Shown here: one piece after another, positions 58,837 through 64,000 of the stretch
Layout: every line of letters begins with the position of its first letter
How positions within the stretch are numbered: the stretch's first letter is position 1
DNA from: Nannocystis bainbridge
GTDB taxonomy: Bacteria; Myxococcota_A; Polyangia; Nannocystales; Nannocystaceae
Length of the DNA stretch: 64,000 nt
Assembly (NCBI RefSeq): GCF_028368995.1
Contig: NZ_JAQNDL010000001.1
Location: 3,808,001 to 3,872,000 of the forward strand
Direction: 5' to 3'
Program-made: the position numbers and the translations under genes
The notes under the pieces: generated by a model
Told to the model about the DNA's origin: nothing
What the model saw: only the letters and a program-made list of their open reading frames with translations
The model's database searches: none

Positions 58837-58908
58837 GACATGTCCCTCGAGACACCTTATGGCGATCTTTGGACATGCCCGTACGGACATGCCCCGGAAG
58901 ACATCCCC
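58827..58908. repeat. 14-bp-phased GACATG arrays between convergent genes
   Basis: GACA at 58837/58851 and 58872/58886/58900. Confidence 0.8.
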
Positions 58909-58925
58909 GAACAAAAATCGACCCC

Positions 58926-59783
58926 TCAGTTCAGCGCTGCCAGCTTCTCCGGGTTGACCATGATGTGCAGCGCGTGGATCTGGTCGTCGTCGGCCTCGAT
59001 CGACACAGCAGCCACCGCCACGCCGCCGTCCCACAGCACCGCGGCCGGCCAGCCGTTGATCTCGATCAGCGAGATCGTGCCGTGAGCGCCGCCCTTCTTG
59101 GCGATCCCGACCATCATGCGGCCCACGCGTTCGGGCCCGAACACCGGGTTGCGAGCGGCTCGCGCTCGCCCGCCGCCGTCCGACCACGCGACCACGTCGT
59201 CGGCCAGCAGCCGCTGCAGCCCGTCGAGGTCGCCCTGGGCGACCGCCCCGAGGAAGGCGCCGAGCAGCTGCTCGTGCTGCTCGCGCGAGCGGGCGAACCG
59301 CGGCCGCTTCGAGCGCACGTGCTCGCGCGCGCGGTGGGCCAGCTGGCGGCACGCAGCCTCCTCGCGGCCGACGATCGCCGCGACCTCGGCGAAGTCGTAA
59401 TCAAACACCTCGCGCAGCACGAACACCGCCCGCTCGAGCGGGCTCAGGGCCTCGAGCAGGACTAAAAAAGCGAGCGAGATCGACTCGAGATCCGGCGTCC
59501 GCTCGAGCTGCTCGGTCGGCAGCGGCTCGGGCAGCCAGGTGCCGACGTAGGCCTCGCGCCGCGACCGCGCCGACTTCAGTTGATCGAGGCACAGGCGCGA
59601 GACGACGGTGGTCAGCCACCCGCCCGGCGCCTCGATCGCCGCGTGCTCGGCCGCCTGCCAGCGCACGTGCGCCTCCTGCAGCACGTCCTCGGCCTCGGCC
59701 GCGCTGCCGAGCATGCGGTACGCCAGCCCGAACAGCCGCGAGCGGTGAGCCCCGAACAGGGTCGCCGCCTCGTCCGGGCTCAT
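58926..59783 (-). CDS. sigJ: ECF41/SigJ-family sigma-70 factor with SnoaL-like C-terminal domain
   Basis: LAYRMLGS..EAEDV.QE, YVGTWLPEP, SDGGG, NPEKL. Confidence 0.92.
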   Translation of the reverse strand: MSPDEAATLFGAHRSRLFGLAYRMLGSAAEAEDVLQEAHVRWQAAEHAAIEAPGGWLTTVVSRLCLDQLKSARSRREAYVGTWLPEPLPTEQLERTPDLESISLAFLVLLEALSPLERAVFVLREVFDYDFAEVAAIVGREEAACRQLAHRAREHVRSKRPRFARSREQHEQLLGAFLGAVAQGDLDGLQRLLADDVVAWSDGGGRARAARNPVFGPERVGRMMVGIAKKGGAHGTISLIEINGWPAAVLWDGGVAVAAVSIEADDDQIHALHIMVNPEKLAALN

Positions 59784-60937
59784 CGCACCGCCTCCACCGC
59801 CACCAGCGGCCGCACGGCCCCGTGCTGCCAGCGGTACGCCATCAGTCGCCGCTGCTCGGCCCGCAGCGCGAACACGGTGTAGCGACACACCCGCTCCTTG
59901 ATCCACGCCGCCACGCGCCCCTTCAAGATGCGCTCGCGGGGCTGCCCGGCCGCGTCCACGAACTGCACGATGCCATCCCGGCGGCCCAGGCTCACGCAGT
60001 AGCCCGGGTCGCCGAAGCTGAAGGCATCCATCTGACCTCCGGTCATCTCGGCCACTGCCGTGTCGGCCGCGTGCGCCGCCATCGGCATCGCAGTCTTGCA
60101 GCCGGCCGCCAGCCAGCCGCCCGGCGTGGCGAAGGCCGCGGCGTCACCGGCGACCAGCAGGTCCGGCCGCGCGTAAAGGTGGCTGTCGACGATCACCCGC
60201 CCGTCGGCCGCCATCGGCAAGCCGAGCCCGGCAAGCAGCGGCATCGCCCGGAACCCGGCCGCCCAGGCGCACAGGTCAAAGGCGATCGGCCCGGCCGCGG
60301 TGTCGAGGTGGTCGGCCGCCACGGCCGTCACCCGCACGCCCTCCCGCACCGTCACGCCGAGCCGCCGCAGGGCCGCCCGCGCGTGTTCGCGCGCCTTGTG
60401 GCTCAGCGCCGGCACGATCTCGCTCGCCGACACCAGCTCGACCCGCAGCCCGGGCACGGCCTCCGCCAGCTCCGTGGCGATCTCGACGCCGGTGAGGCCA
60501 CCGCCGCATACGGCGAGCCGGCCGCCGCACTCGGCAATGCGCCGCGCCTCGCCGAACAGCCGGGCCATGCGGTCGCCGTCGATGGCAAAGGCGTGCTCGC
60601 GCGCCCCGGGCACGAGGTCGAGGTCGACCGAGCCGCCCGTGCACACGATGGCGCGGTCGAATTGGATGACGCCAGCGTCGGTGACGAGGCGGCCCGGGGC
60701 GACTTCGAGCGCGCGGGCGTGGACGAAGCGGACCGCGGTGCCGGCGAGCAGCGCGGCGATGGGGTGGGCGACGCTGCGGCCGCTGGCCGCCTGCTCGTGG
60801 AGGCGGACGCGCTCGACGAGTTGGTCGCTGGCGCCGACGAGGGTGACGGTGAGACGGCCGCGGGCGATCCGGGCGGCGCGAAGGGCCGCGAGCAGGCCGG
60901 CGTAGCCGGTACCGATGACGACGAGATGGGGGGACAT
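59780..60937 (-). CDS. FAD-dependent oxidoreductase (NDH-2-like)
   Basis: IGTGYAG, ER.RLH, GGGLTGVE.A.E, AGD, CVSLGR.DG. Confidence 0.9.
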   Translation of the reverse strand: MSPHLVVIGTGYAGLLAALRAARIARGRLTVTLVGASDQLVERVRLHEQAASGRSVAHPIAALLAGTAVRFVHARALEVAPGRLVTDAGVIQFDRAIVCTGGSVDLDLVPGAREHAFAIDGDRMARLFGEARRIAECGGRLAVCGGGLTGVEIATELAEAVPGLRVELVSASEIVPALSHKAREHARAALRRLGVTVREGVRVTAVAADHLDTAAGPIAFDLCAWAAGFRAMPLLAGLGLPMAADGRVIVDSHLYARPDLLVAGDAAAFATPGGWLAAGCKTAMPMAAHAADTAVAEMTGGQMDAFSFGDPGYCVSLGRRDGIVQFVDAAGQPRERILKGRVAAWIKERVCRYTVFALRAEQRRLMAYRWQHGAVRPLVAVEAVR

Positions 60938-60962
60938 GCGAGTTCTCCTGGTTCGCCAGGAG

Positions 60963-60990
60963 GACGAGGCAGCCCCTCCGCGGCGTGACA
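60963..60990 (-). promoter_or_regulatory. Candidate ECF41 promoter
   Basis: TGTCACG-N17-CGTC upstream of the oxidoreductase-sigJ operon; resembles ECF41 consensus TGTCACA-N16-CGTC. Confidence 0.65.
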
Positions 60991-61067
60991 CGATTTTTTT
61001 CGCGCCCTGCTTTCTGTCTGCGGCCCACGGCAGCGCCCCCTCCTCCTCCTCGTGCGATGGTGCCGTC

Positions 61068-61599
61068 GTGTCCGCGATCCTCCGCCTCGGCGACCCGCGG
61101 TTGCGTGCCGTCGCTCGCCCCGTCGACCTCGCCGACCCTGAATTCCCGGCCGCCGTCGCGCGGGCTGCACCACGCGCTCGCCGAGTTCCGGGCCGAGCAC
61201 GGCTTCGGCCGCGCGATCGCGGCGCCACAGCTCGGCATCGGCCTGCGGCTCGTCGCCATGAACCTCGGCGACGGCCCACGCACCCTCGTCGACCCCGAGA
61301 TCGTGTGGCACAGCGATGAGACCTTCACGCTGTGGGACGACTGCATGTGCTTCCCCGAGCTGCTCGTGCGGGTCAGGCGGTGGACCTCGATCTCCGTGCG
61401 CCACCGCGACGAGCACGGCCGGCTCCACCTGCGCGAGCGCCTGCCCGCCGCCGAGTCCGAGCTCTTACAGCACGAGCTCGACCACCTCGACGGGGTGCTC
61501 GCCGTCGACCGCGCCGAGGGCCCCGGCGCGATCGTCAAACGCGACGATCATGATCGCGAGCAGCTCGCGGCCATGATCGATCGCCGCGAAGATCAGTAG
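61068..61599 (+). pseudogene. def: Peptide deformylase with apparent +1 frameshift near 61162-61164
   Basis: ILRLGDPRLR..A.PV in one frame; GRAIAAPQ, DDCMC, QHELDHLDG in the next. Confidence 0.8.
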
Positions 61600-64000
61600 A
61601 GGATGCAGAAGCCGAAGCTGGTCGTGCCCTGGGCCGCGACCTCGGCGTTGTAGGGCTCGCCGGTCCACAGCAGGTGCGACGCGTCCTGCGTGTACTTGGC
61701 GTTCCACGCGTTCTGGATCGTGCCCTGCATCGCGATCACCACCTGCCACACGATCGGCGCGCCGGTCGTGTTGCTGACGGTGACCGAGTTGCACTCGCCC
61801 TGCTCCCACTTCGAGTCCTGGGTGATCTGCACGTCGATGCCCGGCGTCGTCATCGGCCCCGACATCGGCCCGCCGGTGGTGCCGTCGCCCGTCGTGGTCT
61901 CGTCCTCGCCGGTCGTCGCCGGGCCGCCGGTGGTCGGGTCGCCGCCCGTCGTCGGGTCGGGGTCGCTGCTCGGCGCCCCGCCGCGCTCGCGGAAGAACCG
62001 CGTGCCGACCAGCGCCAGCACCAGGCTGTCGAGCCGCCCCTCGGCCTCGGAGAAGGCCGCCCGCAACTCGTCCTGCACGCACTGCAGCTCGCTGCCCGCC
62101 GCCGAGCCGACAGCGTAACGGGCCCACTGCAGGGTGAAGCAGGCCTCGACGTCGGGGCTGCCCGCCAGCAGCTGCGCCAGCTCGTCGGCGCCGTCGAACG
62201 GCCCGTCCGAATTGTCGGTCAGCAGCACCTCGCCGCTGGCGTCGATCGGGTGGATCCCGTCCATCGTCCGCGTGCGACCGACCGCGTCATAGTGCTCGAA
62301 GCCGAAGCCGATCGGATCGATGCGCGCGTGGCAACCAGCGCAGGTCGGGTCGCTCGAGTGCTGGGTGTAGCGCTCGCGCGTGCTCAGGCCCGGGTCGACC
62401 GGCGGCGGCGAGGTGTCGAGCGCCGGCGGCGGCGGCGGCATGTCCTGGCACAGCAGCCGCTCGCGCACCAGCTTGCCGCGGTGGATCGGCGACGACGAGG
62501 TCGGCAGCGCGTGCGTCGTCATCACCGCGCCGTGCGTCAGCAGGCCCGCCGCCGCGCCGGTCTCGGCCTTCTTGAAGCCGCCCGGATCGGGCTCGCCCGC
62601 GCCGGCCGGGACGCCGTAGTAACCGGCGAGGTCGTCGGTCATGTACGAGTAATCGGCCGTCAGCAGCTCGGCCAGCGAACCACCGCCGCGGTACACGTCG
62701 CCGACGAACCGGTGCGTCTCGCCGAGCATGGCGTCGCGGATCTGCGGCGTCAGCTCGGGGTACAGCGCCGCGTCGCGCGGGACCGTGCGCAGGCGATCGA
62801 TGTGCAGCCACTCGTCGACGAAGCGGTGCAGCGTGGCGTCGGCGTCGGCGTCGGCGAGCAGGCGGGCGGCCTGCTTCTTGAGCTCCGGCGGATCTTTCAA
62901 GGTCCCGTCGTCGGCGGCGGCCATGAGCTGGGCGTCAGGCGGGCCGCCGACGATCAGGTACGACAGCTCGCTGGCCAGCTCGTGCGGCGTGAGCTGATAG
63001 ATGCCGTCGCCCGCGTGCTCGCCGAGCTCGGTGCGGTAGAGGAACCCGGGCGACTGCAACATCGCGGCGATGGTCCAGCGGATCCCGCCGGCGAATTTCT
63101 CGATCGCGGCGGCCTCCTTCCACAGCGTCTCGTAGCGGGCCTGCTCGTCGGCGGTGAGCGGCCGGCGGAACACCTGCTTGCCGAAGCGGGCGATGAACGC
63201 GTGGGCGCACGCCTGCTCGCCGTCGGCCTCCGGATCGCAGCCGAGCCGCGCCGGCAGGTCGGCGACGATGAGGTCGGCGATCTTCTCGGCCGCGTCGCGG
63301 TACTGGTCGGCCAGCAGCCCCGAGACCACCAGCGCCCCGGCGTTGTTGGTGTAGCCGTGGACCACCGTGTCGGCCGCGAAGCCGAGCCCGAGGTCGGTCG
63401 GGGCGCCGAGCACCGCCGCGAGGCTGCGGTTGTACTCGACGTGGCTGAGCCGGCGCACCCGCCGGACCCCCGCGCCGCCCTCGTCGCAGCCGGCCGCGCC
63501 CTCGCCGTCGGGCGCCGTGCACGAGAACGTGCCCTGGCTGCGCGCGACGAACTCCGCCAGCGCGTCGTAGGCCTCGGTGTCGGGCGTGACGACCATCCCG
63601 CCCTTGTGCATGTCGGGGTGCTGGTTGGTCGGCTTGAGCAGCAGCAGCGACACGCCGCCGTCCTCGTCGAGCGCGACCTCCTTGACCGCCGCGAGGTTGG
63701 CCTCGAGCCAGCCCTCCGCGCCCTCGGCCAGCAGGACCATCCGCGTGTCCTTGGCCAGGCCGTCGGGGTTGTGACAGGTGATGCAGGTCTTGCTAAGGAT
63801 CGGCGTCCACACGCTGGTCTCGAAGAACTGCGCGTCGCTCGGGCAGTCGCCGCCGCCGTCGGTCGGGTCGCCGTTGCCGGTGGCCATCGTGTCGGTGCCG
63901 CCCGTGGCGGCGTCGGTGTCGGAGTCGGTGCTCGCCCCGCCGCCGCCGCTCGGGCAGGCCGCGAGCGCGAGGAGGAGCGCGAGGTTGCTGGCGTAGATCG
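61593..64000 (-). CDS. DUF1592/DUF1588-family cytochrome-c lipoprotein with C-terminal CBM2-like domain (5' end outside window)
   Basis: LAAC lipobox near 63955, CITCH, RRLS..EYN, SSPIHRG, CAGCH, W..G....VTV.N...W...WNA...FGF. Confidence 0.85.
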   Translation of the reverse strand, partial: IYASNLALLLALAACPSGGGGASTDSDTDAATGGTDTMATGNGDPTDGGGDCPSDAQFFETSVWTPILSKTCITCHNPDGLAKDTRMVLLAEGAEGWLEANLAAVKEVALDEDGGVSLLLLKPTNQHPDMHKGGMVVTPDTEAYDALAEFVARSQGTFSCTAPDGEGAAGCDEGGAGVRRVRRLSHVEYNRSLAAVLGAPTDLGLGFAADTVVHGYTNNAGALVVSGLLADQYRDAAEKIADLIVADLPARLGCDPEADGEQACAHAFIARFGKQVFRRPLTADEQARYETLWKEAAAIEKFAGGIRWTIAAMLQSPGFLYRTELGEHAGDGIYQLTPHELASELSYLIVGGPPDAQLMAAADDGTLKDPPELKKQAARLLADADADATLHRFVDEWLHIDRLRTVPRDAALYPELTPQIRDAMLGETHRFVGDVYRGGGSLAELLTADYSYMTDDLAGYYGVPAGAGEPDPGGFKKAETGAAAGLLTHGAVMTTHALPTSSSPIHRGKLVRERLLCQDMPPPPPALDTSPPPVDPGLSTRERYTQHSSDPTCAGCHARIDPIGFGFEHYDAVGRTRTMDGIHPIDASGEVLLTDNSDGPFDGADELAQLLAGSPDVEACFTLQWARYAVGSAAGSELQCVQDELRAAFSEAEGRLDSLVLALVGTRFFRERGGAPSSDPDPTTGGDPTTGGPATTGEDETTTGDGTTGGPMSGPMTTPGIDVQITQDSKWEQGECNSVTVSNTTGAPIVWQVVIAMQGTIQNAWNAKYTQDASHLLWTGEPYNAEVAAQGTTSFGFCILY

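Overview
Very GC-rich bacterial chromosomal DNA. Gene content (MYXO-CTERM-like protein, DUF1592/DUF1552 pair, many lipoproteins, atpBE not followed by atpF) suggests a myxobacterium (Myxococcota; inferred). Most of it is housekeeping or accessory CDS: atpB/atpE, rimK, queG, orn, methylmalonyl-CoA mutase, prmC, an ECF41 sigma factor and a frameshifted def. Two features stand out. (1) A Ro60/TROVE (rsr) gene at 46970-48523(-) is followed directly by seven tandem Y-RNA-like genes (46061-46955). Five carry a circularly permuted tRNA-like domain and two do not; two have a tRNA-Ala-type G3:U70/A73 acceptor stem. A candidate sigma-54 promoter lies upstream. (2) A dispersed 14-bp palindromic element (TGTC-N6-GACA) forms 14-bp-phased tandem arrays (GGACATGTCC junctions) at roughly 20 sites, both intergenic and inside genes. 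Start codons were adjusted by eye from the ORF track; no database searches were run.
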